Source: Diplonema japonicum (Eukaryota > Protista > Euglenozoa: Diplonemea). From it: a DNA stretch of 64,000 nt. The DNA is taken from positions 186,001-250,000 of the forward strand of contig OZ025753.1 in assembly GCA_964019335.1 (NCBI GenBank). Direction: 5' to 3'. The translations under genes were made by a program, and so were the position numbers. Shown piece after piece: positions 42,690 through 52,883 of this stretch. How positions within the stretch are numbered: position 1 is the first letter of the stretch; every line of letters begins with the position of its first letter. The notes beneath the pieces were generated by a model. The model was not told the DNA's origin and did not search any database. It was given only the letters and a program-made list of their open reading frames with translations.

Positions 42690-44789
42690 ATGAAGTGCTG
42701 CCTCTTCTCACGCGCGGTTCTCCCAACAGATGACCCAACTACTGCGTTCCGCAAGAAAGTGTTCATTTCATCCCTGCTGGCAGGCGCGGCCATCTATCTC
42801 CTTAATATTCTATCTGGCTCAGAATCGAGCATAGTGTTTTGGCGCAGGTTGTCTTACATTGTAGTTTCGCTCGGGGTTGCATGTCAGATCATCCTCGAGA
42901 GAAGGCTGAGGTCCCTTGTGATACACACTACAACCGTCTTCTACGGCACAATGTTCCTTTTCGGTGATCTGATGGCGTTTGCTGAAGGCTACGCCAGAAT
43001 GTGGCCTTTCTTCATCGTCCTCATTGATATCTGCCTTGTTACCAGGATGGGGAACCACGTCACAATGAGCTTGCTTGTCATGCTCGTTCTCTATCTTGCC
43101 GTCCTGCTCTTCGAGAACACCTACCGGTTCGGCCTTTACGATCTTTCATTTCTCGCCTCGCAAGAAGAGCGTCGCAAGGTTGTAGACTGTTCCAGCCTTC
43201 CCTGTCCGATGGAGTTGAGTACTAGCATTCAGCTGTTTTTGTCTCAGGTGTTCGTGTTCCTTCTTGACTTCTACTTCACACGCAGCTTTGCGAACGGCCT
43301 CCATGCGGAGCACGACAAGATGAACAAGGTGATCGCGGCGACGGAGCAGATTGCGACCTCCTTCTCCCGTTTCGACCTTGAAGCGGCAGAGGCTGTCATC
43401 GACTCCGCCTCCCTCCCCCCTCCGCTGCTCCTCTCCTTCAGCAAGATCTTGGAAAACCTGAAGGGTTACCGTCCTTACCTCCCCGATGCCCTCTTCCACA
43501 GCATGCACACCGAGGCATTGGCAAACTTCGACATCCCGGCTCCTGGTCTGAAGTCACACCGGTCTACACTCGTCTTCACCGACATCCAAGGCTCGACGGC
43601 AACATGGGAAGCGTGCCCTGAGGGGATGAGGGATGGGCTTCAGGTCCACAACACTGCAATCCGAGGCTGCATAGTTGACCACAGCGGGTACGAGGTGAAG
43701 ACGATCGGGGATGCCTTCATGGTGGCCTTCGAGAGTGCTTCCGATGCTGTGTGGTTCGGTCTGTCTGTTCAGGAGAGGCTCGTGGGAAGCTCGTGGCCTG
43801 AGGAGCTCCTGTGTCTTGAGAGCTGTTCATGGCAGCAAGAAGGCCCCTGGTGTGGACTTCGTGTTCGTGTTGGAATACACTGCGGGGAGGTGGAGGTGCA
43901 GCTGAACAACTTGACTAATCGGTACGACTACTTCGGGAGCACTGTGAACAAGGCGGCTCGCATGGAAGGGGCTTGTGTGGGCGGGGCTGTTGCTGTCACT
44001 TCTGAGGTGTTGGAAGCAGTTGCCCCACTTGACTTAATATGCGTCATCCCAATGGGAGAGGTGGAATTAAAGGGTGTGAGTGATCTAGTGTCTCCCTTCC
44101 TCCTTCTACCTGAAAGCCTTTGTGGGAGGAAGCCCTTCATGGAACAACAGCTTCTTCTGAAGTGTGAGGACAGGAGGCTGGCAACCATGAACTTCACTGG
44201 TGCAGAGTCGCATTCAAGCCACACTAGCGAGCTCATGTCTTCTCACATGCAGCAACGCCCCTCTGCCACTGTCGGGAGGGTGGTAATTGCTTTAAAGAGC
44301 TACATTGACGGGGTCGAGGCAACCATGAACAACGGGCTTCTTAAGGTTCTGACATGCACTGAGAGGTCACACGGTTCTGTTCTGTCGCTTCAAGGGAACA
44401 GGGTAGGGGTGTGCTGGAATGGTTTGAAGAGTTGTGCGACTCATGTTGAGAACTCGTTGGCGTTCGTGAAGATGCTCGGGAGGGCAGACCCATGCTTCCA
44501 CATCGGGCTGTCCACTGGGGCCATTCTCCACGGGACTGTGGGTGCTCGGGCTCAGAAGTTCATGTCCGTCCTCGGGGCCTGTGTTGCGGTGGGCGACACG
44601 TTGTGTGACGATGCTGTTTCGGATGGTGTTCTGTGTTACTACGCGGCACGCAACGAGCCAGCTGAGATGGATGAGCTTTCCATTACAAGCAAGGGCACGG
44701 TACTGGCACCTGATGACTGTCTGATGCAGCTGCGGCGGGTGGAGTTGGTTACTGCATCACAGACCGTACTTGGTTTTGAGGAAGCTTAG
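42690..44789 (+). CDS. Multi-TM receptor-type adenylate cyclase, paralog 3
   Basis: Same motifs as paralogs 1 and 2; start at MKCCLFSR. Confidence 0.92.
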   Translation: MKCCLFSRAVLPTDDPTTAFRKKVFISSLLAGAAIYLLNILSGSESSIVFWRRLSYIVVSLGVACQIILERRLRSLVIHTTTVFYGTMFLFGDLMAFAEGYARMWPFFIVLIDICLVTRMGNHVTMSLLVMLVLYLAVLLFENTYRFGLYDLSFLASQEERRKVVDCSSLPCPMELSTSIQLFLSQVFVFLLDFYFTRSFANGLHAEHDKMNKVIAATEQIATSFSRFDLEAAEAVIDSASLPPPLLLSFSKILENLKGYRPYLPDALFHSMHTEALANFDIPAPGLKSHRSTLVFTDIQGSTATWEACPEGMRDGLQVHNTAIRGCIVDHSGYEVKTIGDAFMVAFESASDAVWFGLSVQERLVGSSWPEELLCLESCSWQQEGPWCGLRVRVGIHCGEVEVQLNNLTNRYDYFGSTVNKAARMEGACVGGAVAVTSEVLEAVAPLDLICVIPMGEVELKGVSDLVSPFLLLPESLCGRKPFMEQQLLLKCEDRRLATMNFTGAESHSSHTSELMSSHMQQRPSATVGRVVIALKSYIDGVEATMNNGLLKVLTCTERSHGSVLSLQGNRVGVCWNGLKSCATHVENSLAFVKMLGRADPCFHIGLSTGAILHGTVGARAQKFMSVLGACVAVGDTLCDDAVSDGVLCYYAARNEPAEMDELSITSKGTVLAPDDCLMQLRRVELVTASQTVLGFEEA

Positions 44790-45324
44790 CGGTTCGGGCT
44801 GGGTTTTGGTTTTTTATTTTTTTTTAGTTTAGCCCCCCTCACAGCGCGTTGCTTATCATTCGTTTCCTATCACTGAATACTTTACGTTTTCTGTTCCCCC
44901 CTTTTTTTATTTGTTTCAAAGAAGACTAGTTGATGGCAGCGAGATGAGTTTGTGTTTATTAGGTGAAAATACCGCTCGTGCACACAAACAAATCCCCCTC
45001 CTCCCGTTCCCCATTTTTTCAAACAGGTAAACCGCGTTGTGTTTGCTTTTTTTTCAAAGAGCGTCCTCAGGTGGCTGAAAGACCTAGATTGTGCGCACAA
45101 AAAGTTTCTTATTTCAACGCACCCACGGGAGGCAGCCCCTCAGCTGGGATTGTCCTTTTTTTACTTTGAGAGGGTAATTACTAGGACGGTAAGAGTGGCA
45201 TGGAGCCCCCGTCTACCCCGCTTATCGAAGAGATTGTACGGTGCAGCGATTTGCACATCTTTTCTGTGTTCCTTTTTTGTTTCTTTCTTCTATTCTATAT
45301 AAATATAATATAATGATATAAATA

Positions 45325-45420
45325 AAAGTACATCAGATGTGTTGTTCGCTGTTGACCTCCTCGTCGGTAACAGTTCTTGTGCAGGGTGCCACCAACACTG
45401 GCCTCCTTTATCTCTTATAT
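45325..45420 (+). mobile_element. SINE-like repeat with 5' and 3' ends joined (centre deleted)
   Basis: CATCAGATGTGTTGTTCGCTGTTGACCTCCTCGTCGG fused to ACAGTTCTTGTGCAGGG..GGCCTCCTTTATCTCTTATAT. Confidence 0.7.
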
Positions 45421-45588
45421 TTATTATTATTTTTTTTTTCTTTCTTTTCCCGTGTCCACAAACAATGCTAAGAACGGACTCTTTTTTTGCTTCTTTCATT
45501 TCTTTTTTTTCCTCAAAAGGGGACTCGTCTTCTTTCTGTTTTCAGTTCTACACCCCACATATATTTCTGCAGGAAGAAAAAAGGAAAG

Positions 45589-47301
45589 ATGACACAGATC
45601 AGACCTCCCAGGAACACAAATCTACTGCGCAAAGCTGTTCCAACTGTGCCTAAGTTCAAGGTAGTGTGGGTGGCCAAGCCAGACGACGCGGATGCCTATC
45701 GTAGATTTCTTGAGCTGAACAAAGGAAGGGACGTTGTTCGTGTCGATGGCGAAGCTGGAATGCGGGCAGAGATCGAAGGGGGCAGGGTGGGGTGGGTGGT
45801 ACAAGGCGGCTCGGCTGCAAAAACCGCCGCAAAAAACAACAGATTTATACAACTGGGAAAACCAAGCGCCTCCTCCTTAAACCAGACAGAGGAGGTGTTT
45901 ATGTACATCTTTGACGACCATTCCTGCCACTTTGGGAGCCTAGCCAGCACTACATATAACAACATCCCTTCAAATGTGACTCAGATCTCACACGCTGGTA
46001 CCTTGGAGCTGTCCCGTGACGCTTGCCCCAATGCCTTCCATAATGGAAGAATACACCAGTCTGATCACAAGGTGCTGCTTGACGCCATCATTGAATGCGA
46101 CAGCAGCCCAAGGGGAGGAACACCGGTCATTGTCACAGTACCTTGTCAAGGCGACGAGAAGCTGACGCAGTACTTAAGGCAGCGGGTGCCTTGTCCTACT
46201 TACTACACCTGCCACGAGGCGCTGACGCTTCTTTCTCACGGTGAGACCTCCGGCATCGTTATCACCATCCATAATTGCTATGCCAGAATCGTCCCTGTTC
46301 TGGATGGCAGCCCTCTTGTAGACTACATCACCACCCACAACGGCTTTTGCATTCAGGTCAACGTCAAAAACACATACGTGTTGCCTGATGCGAAGATCAA
46401 GTCGCTGCTCGCTGCTGTCGAATCCCACGCTGTGCTCAACAGTACTGTCGCGCCATCCTATATCTCGGATAAGGAATTCTACAGAATCCTAGGGCACGCC
46501 GGTTTCCCTCATGAGACAGACGAGGATGCGTGGCTGGAGTGCGAAAAGGTTTTCTTCAAGGACATCGATAAGGTCTTGCGGAGACGTTACATGTGTACCT
46601 TCCGCACAACTCCTGTGAAGGCATCCCCCGTGTCGCACACTGGCATTATCGAGAAGATCCACGAATGTGTCGCAAAACTACCGAAATCAGAGCTGGGGAA
46701 GGTCTGCAAGAGGATTATTCTGGACGGACCTGGGGCAGATGTCACCGGAATGCGCGAGCGTATCGAAGAAAGCCTATTCCCTAACCCACCGGAAAAGACC
46801 GGGGCATGGACCATTGGGGAGCGGCACCCCACTGAACTCGACAGAAATCTCTCTCAGGCCCTGACGCGGCAGCATCAGGCAGGGTCAAGATTCTACCATG
46901 TAGGGGGCAGCGTGTACGACCTTGTTGGGCTCAAGAAGCTCACACCCTCTCTGAGAAACAAGAACTTGTCACGCCGAATAACACCTCCGAACCACCCCAC
47001 GTTGCCCGTGTTCGCCTGTCTCCCTCACGATGTGGTTGTTAACGTGCTTTCGTACTTAGAGCCCTTGGAGCTGCACACTGATGGGCATGAGATCATGGAC
47101 CCTCCACGTACCGCGAAAGGAAGCACTCTGAGCAGCATCATCCAGGCATACCTTGGGGCACGGGTAGCCGCTGAGAGAACGTCCCGAGAGGCCATAAGAG
47201 CCGCGAAGCAACATAACAGTGAACGAGGTGTCCGTGTACTTCTCGACACTCAGGCTTTCATGCAGAGCACAGCACGCGCCAGGTTGGCACACCGTGTCTG
47301 A
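45589..47301 (+). CDS. Highly divergent actin-related protein with an internal F-box-like motif
   Basis: ALTLLSHGETSGIVITI..RIVPVLDG, GIIEKIHECV, RIILDGPG..TGMRERI and QAYLGA are collinear with actin; FACLPHDVVVNVLSYL is F-box-like. Confidence 0.75.
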   Translation: MTQIRPPRNTNLLRKAVPTVPKFKVVWVAKPDDADAYRRFLELNKGRDVVRVDGEAGMRAEIEGGRVGWVVQGGSAAKTAAKNNRFIQLGKPSASSLNQTEEVFMYIFDDHSCHFGSLASTTYNNIPSNVTQISHAGTLELSRDACPNAFHNGRIHQSDHKVLLDAIIECDSSPRGGTPVIVTVPCQGDEKLTQYLRQRVPCPTYYTCHEALTLLSHGETSGIVITIHNCYARIVPVLDGSPLVDYITTHNGFCIQVNVKNTYVLPDAKIKSLLAAVESHAVLNSTVAPSYISDKEFYRILGHAGFPHETDEDAWLECEKVFFKDIDKVLRRRYMCTFRTTPVKASPVSHTGIIEKIHECVAKLPKSELGKVCKRIILDGPGADVTGMRERIEESLFPNPPEKTGAWTIGERHPTELDRNLSQALTRQHQAGSRFYHVGGSVYDLVGLKKLTPSLRNKNLSRRITPPNHPTLPVFACLPHDVVVNVLSYLEPLELHTDGHEIMDPPRTAKGSTLSSIIQAYLGARVAAERTSREAIRAAKQHNSERGVRVLLDTQAFMQSTARARLAHRV

Positions 47302-47747
47302 AAAAGAAAGGGGGTGGGAAGGCCACTCAGGTTTCTACCCGGTGGCTACTTTTTTTCTTTTGAGCGACAACACCAACGACACATCTTTTTACCATATTCC
47401 CTTGCCCCGTTCTGGTCTCCTTTTTTTTTTTTTTTAAATCTTTTTTATTTTATTTTTCGCCCTAACTGCCGTCACCTCCTTTTTTTTTTTTTTTTGTCGC
47501 ATATTTCTTTTGCTCATCGGGCGTGAGGTTCAATTGAGCTTAACACTGCCTGAACTTGGAGGTTCTTCGGCCTCCTCTTTGGTCTTTCTTTCTTTTTTCT
47601 ATGAATAGTGCCTGCATGGTATGTTCGCCTGTCACGATGAAGAATATTAGAATGCGTTGCAATTAGTCCCCCCCCCCCCCCCTCTTTTTTCATTTCTTTT
47701 TAAAGAAAAACACATATTTCTCAGGCTTGAAGACACACCACCCCACG

Positions 47748-48125
47748 ATGCCGAGCCCTGTGAACAACAAGAGGAAGCGTATTTCCGAGTGGAGCGAGGT
47801 GACCGCAGGGTCGCAGCAAACCGCAGAGGAGCTCCTGGAGGAGGCAGGGGCGTCCTCGTTCGAGAAGGGAAGTTGCTACTACCGCCTTGGGAAGAGCAAG
47901 GAGAAGATCTCCGCGACGAGGGACATGGTGTCAGTGAAGGAGGGGGATTCGGAGCCTGACATGACAAGTGCGAAGAAGATCAAGAAACTGTGCGGATGGA
48001 AGGAGGACAAGTCTATCAGCGTCACCAACCGCTCTGTCCCCGAAGGTAGGGATGTCTACATCAAGGTGACGGCCCCCAAAAAGAAGTTCAGGGTTGGCAC
48101 CCGTGTCCTAATTGAGGTAGAATAG
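47748..48125 (+). CDS. Small basic hypothetical protein (125 aa)
   Basis: Clean GC-rich ORF; NLS-like KRKR; FEKGSCYYRL..KEKI..VYIK..GTRVL. Confidence 0.7.
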   Translation: MPSPVNNKRKRISEWSEVTAGSQQTAEELLEEAGASSFEKGSCYYRLGKSKEKISATRDMVSVKEGDSEPDMTSAKKIKKLCGWKEDKSISVTNRSVPEGRDVYIKVTAPKKKFRVGTRVLIEVE

Positions 48126-48243
48126 TACAACAACGAAAGGAAAAAAAACAGTTGTTTTTTTTTTTGCTGAATGCGAAAAAGAAATTGGCTTTTTCTTTTT
48201 AGAAAGTGTTAGTAAAGCAGACCCCCCCCCCCCCCCTCCCCTA

Positions 48244-48538
48244 GGCATAGTGGTGAGACGACTCGCACCAAATTCTCGCACATTCTCGCATGCGAGAATG
48301 ATGCGAGAATTTTTTTGGCTGAAACTTCAACAGGGAAAGCTAGGTGCCTGAGTGTCAAAATCTTCTAAGGACCTCAACAGGCAGTGCTTTGCCCCGTGGT
48401 GGGGCAAAGACGGGTGGACGAATCGTGCGAGAATCATGCGAGAATGTGCGAGAGTGTGCGAGAATGCGAGTCGTTTTGCGAGAATTTCGGCTCAGATTTT
48501 TTTTAATGCGAGAATGCGACTCGCACCACCACTATGCC
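48244..48538. mobile_element. 295-bp MITE with GGCATAGTGGTG TIRs, TA flanks and internal TGCGAGAAT repeats
   Basis: Perfect inverted termini (CCTA)GGCATAGTGGTG...CACCACTATGCC(TAGG); many TGCGAGA/TCTCGCA motifs. Confidence 0.85.
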
Positions 48539-48540
48539 TA

Positions 48541-49190
48541 GGGGGTCACATGGGGGTGGTAAAGTGGGTTTTTTCAAATTCGGAAATGCAGAGCACTGGA
48601 GCTGCTTAAACCATGTAAAACACCCCCTTCTCGACCAAAAAATCGATTTCCGCCCGGTACTTTTCACTTTTGGGCACCTACAAGGCATTATTTTGCATTA
48701 AAAGAGGTGACCACGACGGTTTGGTACCTGGCCTGTTGCCTCCCCTGTGGTTTCTGAATTTTCTGAATTTTCTGAAAATTTTAGAATTTGACCATGGTTG
48801 TACCACCCTTTGAACGCGGCTCTTTAGGACGCCGCTACCATTTGAACGGCAGGGTACTGTCTTACATCGCCGATTGTGAACTTTTCTGTGTTTTGCGCGG
48901 CATTTCTGATGAATATCTATCATTTTCCCGAGGTTAGGAGTAAGTTTGTTTTTGCAAAGATTTCAGGTACCAAACCGTGGTCACTGTTTTTCAAAAATAC
49001 AGATAAAGCATTAACAAGTGCTCAGAATTGCTCTAATCTGGCGAATTTTGATTTTTTGGTTAATTTGGAGGGTATTGGGCGGTTTTTTTTACCTTAGGGA
49101 AAAAAATTTTAAAAAACCTTTTTTTTTCACGTTTAACCACGTTTTTAAGGACCATTTAAAAAAAAAAAAAAAGGACCATGTGACCCCCCC
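48541..49190. mobile_element. 650-bp MITE with GGGGGTCACATGG TIRs and TA flanks
   Basis: GGGGGTCACATGG ... CCATGTGACCCCC; a related left end is nested at ~2701-2900. Confidence 0.8.
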
Positions 49191-49698
49191 TATCCCCCCC
49201 CCCCCCCCTTCTGCTCGATTTAAGTTTTTGTTTTTTCCTTTTTTTTTAAATCTTGATCTTTGTCATAACAGGCAGGTTCTTCCAAACGTCAACTCTTTTT
49301 TTTTTTTTGTATTTTACCCTCTTTTTTTGGTGGACTATGGAGATTCAAAGAAGTACAACATCAAATGTGGTGTAGCACCCGAGTAGAGGAACGTATTGCA
49401 GATGACGGGGCACTAACTGGCAAGCTAGACCTTTGGTTGGGTCTATGGTACACTTGGAGCCAACTGGTGGTCGTACTGAGCGCCGTTTGACTTGTCACCT
49501 TGACGTTACAAGATCGAGTTTTCTTCCTTTTCATTTTCTGAAAAAGAAAAAACGCGACAACACCTTAAAGAAAAAAAACAAAAACGCAAGATATTTACCT
49601 TTTTCTTTCTTTTACTTTTTTTTTTTTTTGAAGATTTTTCTTTTATTTCTATCTTGGCAGGTACCCTTGCTCTGTCACCTGTCATGTGTGTCTCGTTA

Positions 49699-50533
49699 GC
49701 ATTTTGTCGCTGCGAAGGGCGGCGAGGACGTGGAGGCACTGCTGAAGAGGTTAGCGGACGATGAGCTGTCTCCCTGGCTGGGGACGTACGCGATCGTGGC
49801 GGCGGCGGTGAGGAAGGACGGAGCTACCTTGGGCGAGGTGGTTAGAAGAAGCAAGTCGTGGATCCTGACGGCAAGGGCTGTGCAGGCTTTGGCAAAGTTC
49901 GACCAGACACAGGTCGGGGAGATCTTCCTCCACAAGGACACCTCGCTGCAGCTGAAGTCCGTGATCGTGCCGACCTTGGTGCAGATCAACGCCTCTATCC
50001 TTCAAACAATACAAGAGAACTCTGTGCTGGGGGGCTCTTGGCTTGCGTTGCTGCTCCTCTGTCGAACCACCATTACTCCTGCACACAAGGAGCTCGTCCG
50101 CGCGTGGCTCCCGAAGCTGGCAAGGTTCACGAAGCTGGAGCCCAAGCCAGGAACGTCGGCCTACGCACCCCTTGGGAAGAGTCACGTCTATGGAAAGATC
50201 GATTTGGAGAACATCTACCAGTCCCTGGCGAAGAAGTACCCCGAGGTGCTGCTGGAGATGCTTGGTGCGGACTTCGAGGACTCTGTGACCGCCCCGGTCA
50301 TGAAGTGCTTGCTGGAGGAGACGCCGTTCGAGAACTTCGAGACGACAGTGGAGTCTGTCCAGCACTTGGAAGAGCTGTTCAGCCTCTGCTTGGATTGGGG
50401 GGCTGGTGACTGGATGAGCTCCTGGTCGTTCTGGGCTGCTTCTGCCTTTGTTCACCACCGGGTTCTCTCACCTACGAGCAAAGAGAGAACAGTGTTCTGA
50501 GGTTCAGCAAGGATGTCTTGGGGAGGATGGATG
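49699..50533 (+). pseudogene. Truncated, internally deleted copy of the 52884-58148 gene
   Basis: Near-identical to ~52947-53530 joined to ~54424-54683. Confidence 0.9.
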
Positions 50534-50910
50534 CGGTCGACCTAATTGCAACAGAAAGGATCCACATGGATGGTGAAGACCTAGCGAGCTGGGCAAGAAA
50601 AATCGGCGGAATCCTAAGAGTTTTGGACAGGATTCACCAAAAAGGCACGGGGAGTCACCTGATTCCAGCAGAACCTAAAAAATCAGTACACTCTTTGCGT
50701 ACCCTAGGGCTCCACAGCCAACCCATCACTGGGTACTCCACTCGACCGGTCTTCGCATCCCCGAAGGTCACCCACCCTATCCTAGAGGAACAGTTACGAA
50801 CTCATTGCATCCTCAACAACTCGCTAGTTGGTTTCACGCCCAAGCTGCTGATGAGATACTACGACGGGCCTAAGGCACTACCACGACAGAAGGGATCAAA
50901 CACTAGATGA
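50534..50910 (+). mobile_element. 3' fragment of a divergent LINE family (C)
   Basis: PAEPKKSVHSLRTLG..ITGYSTRPVFASPK aligns with LINE-A PAEPSTRVHTLRSIG..VIGWNRRAIFASPK. Confidence 0.75.
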
Positions 50911-51130
50911 GTTGATTGTCGTTAGGCGATCCTGTCACATACTGCAGGCTCCCTCAAAGACATCTTTTATTTGAAAGTTCATCACGAAAAAGGGAGTGGA
51001 GAGCCCACCCTAGCGTGGCGCCAGTTAGCATCCCCTTCAACGGAGAGGTCCTTTCCCCTTTCAGAGCTAAACTTTCTTTTCTTTCACATACTGCATGGCA
51101 CCACTAAGATGTACTCATACAGGTGCTGGC

Positions 51131-51409
51131 ATGTCAGTAGATTTACACATGGTGCTCCCTGACAGGACAGTGGTCCCCTTAGAAGCCCACTGCAAGGATA
51201 GCATCAGGTTACTGAAGGCACGTGTGGCAGAGCAGGCAGGGATGAACCCTGGATCCATTTCACTTACTTTCAACGATGAAGTGCTAGAAGGCAGCTTGAA
51301 GGTGGGAGATTGCCCGTTTGCTGACCAGAGTAGGGTGCACGTGGTGCTTGCAGGGAAGCAGGTGGCTGCGATTAAGATACAGGACTACTGGAGGAGAGTG
51401 CGCCGTTAG
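51131..51409 (+). CDS. Ubiquitin-like domain + IQ motif protein (92 aa)
   Basis: Beta-grasp pattern LHMVLPD..VPLE..DSIRLLKARVAEQAGM..ISLTFND; C-terminal AAIKIQDYWRR. Confidence 0.75.
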   Translation: MSVDLHMVLPDRTVVPLEAHCKDSIRLLKARVAEQAGMNPGSISLTFNDEVLEGSLKVGDCPFADQSRVHVVLAGKQVAAIKIQDYWRRVRR

Positions 51410-51603
51410 ATTACATGTCCCTTTAGCCCTAGCCCAAAGCAAACAGAATGCTGTTTTTCTTTTTTTTTTTTCTGGCATTCCTCCCTCTTTTTCTGCTTCT
51501 TTTTTGTTATTCTTTTTTAAGTTTTTTATAGCTCGTTCGGATTAAAATGTCAACTGTGACAACACTTTTTTTGGGAAAGAAGTTTCGAGAAAGCTTTTGT
51601 TTT

Positions 51604-51872
51604 TTGCATGGACTGATGAAGAAGATCTGGCACACATGGGAGCTAGGGAGGGTACTGAAGAAGGTGAAAGGAGGGAGCCTTCCCAGCGGAACCGTGCTAC
51701 GATCCATCGGGAGGACAAAGGCGGTGATCGGATGGAACAAGAGGGCGATATTTGCATCACCGAAGACCAAGCATGACCTAGAGGCGCTGAAAGGACAATG
51801 GGCAAGAAAGAAAGGAAAAAGCGAGAACAAGGAGGCGCAAAGACTTCCTTTAACTCATATATATATTTGTTT
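51604..51872 (+). mobile_element. LINE family A 3' fragment with small deletions
   Basis: TTGCATGGACTGATGAAGAAG... to AAGACTTCCTTTAACTCATATATATATTT. Confidence 0.9.
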
Positions 51873-52883
51873 TGATTATTTGGGCAAAAAAGAAAAGAGC
51901 AGCATGCAACTATAGGAAGACGACATATATGTTGTACCTGTTGCCGTTCTTTCAATTGCGATGCCGTGAGAGTAGCAGGCTTTGCAACCGATTGGTCCCG
52001 GTAAGCGAAAAACAGAGGTCAGAAAAATGGCAGAAATGTAAAACCGCAATTTTTAAAGCTTAAAATACAGCAGCTGGCGCAAGTGGAGATAGAACCACTA
52101 CACTCTACTAGACGGGATGGTGTGAGGCACACAGCACACCAAAATCGGCATCTGTGGGGACAAACACGTCACGAAACCTCTGCGAGGTGGTACCGGTGAG
52201 ACGTGTTGTGTTACATCAGCAAAAAAAAACCTGGCGTGTGAAGCGACCGTGGGTGTCTCACCCAGGAAGTGCGCGTGAACGTGCCTGAACATGCGGCGGG
52301 CCTTTTTCTGTATCATGGACAGGTCACCCTGAAGAACTACTGTTTGTTCTTGTGGGGTCATTTCTCTTTTCTTTAATTTGACATTTCTTCTTCTTCGAAA
52401 AGTCTTTTTAGTTTTTTCGTTGTAACAGTTCGTCTGGAAAGAAATGTTGACAAAATGGACCCTCTTTTGCAGAGGAAAACCCTCGGAAAGATTCTTTAGC
52501 TAAAAAAGTAGTCCACTTCGTATGCAGAAGGGCCGTCTAAAGGCCATATCTCTTACTCTAAGTACTTTTAACAGCAAACTGACCCCGAGTTGTACTCGGG
52601 GTAACAAGTGCTGCAAAACACCACTTTTATGCACCCTGGTCTTCCTATGCAAGCGGGCACTGCACACCGTTGCCATGGGTGGCTGGCCTCGTCGTGGAAG
52701 GACTCGTTGTGCGTCGTGTACCAGCTCGTTGCTCCCGTTCTTGAACTAGAGTGATCCACACTTGACCAGGTTTTATACATGTTATTTTTCGTATCATGTC
52801 ACCCTCCCCCTTTTCCATCACGCACCACCAGGTTCTCCCCCTTTTCGTTGTGAATTACACAAGAAAGGAAATAAGAAGAAACG

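Noticed and set aside
52050-52760. Possible mobile element or ORF upstream of the 1754-aa gene
   Set aside because: No TIRs, second copy or protein motifs found within the window.
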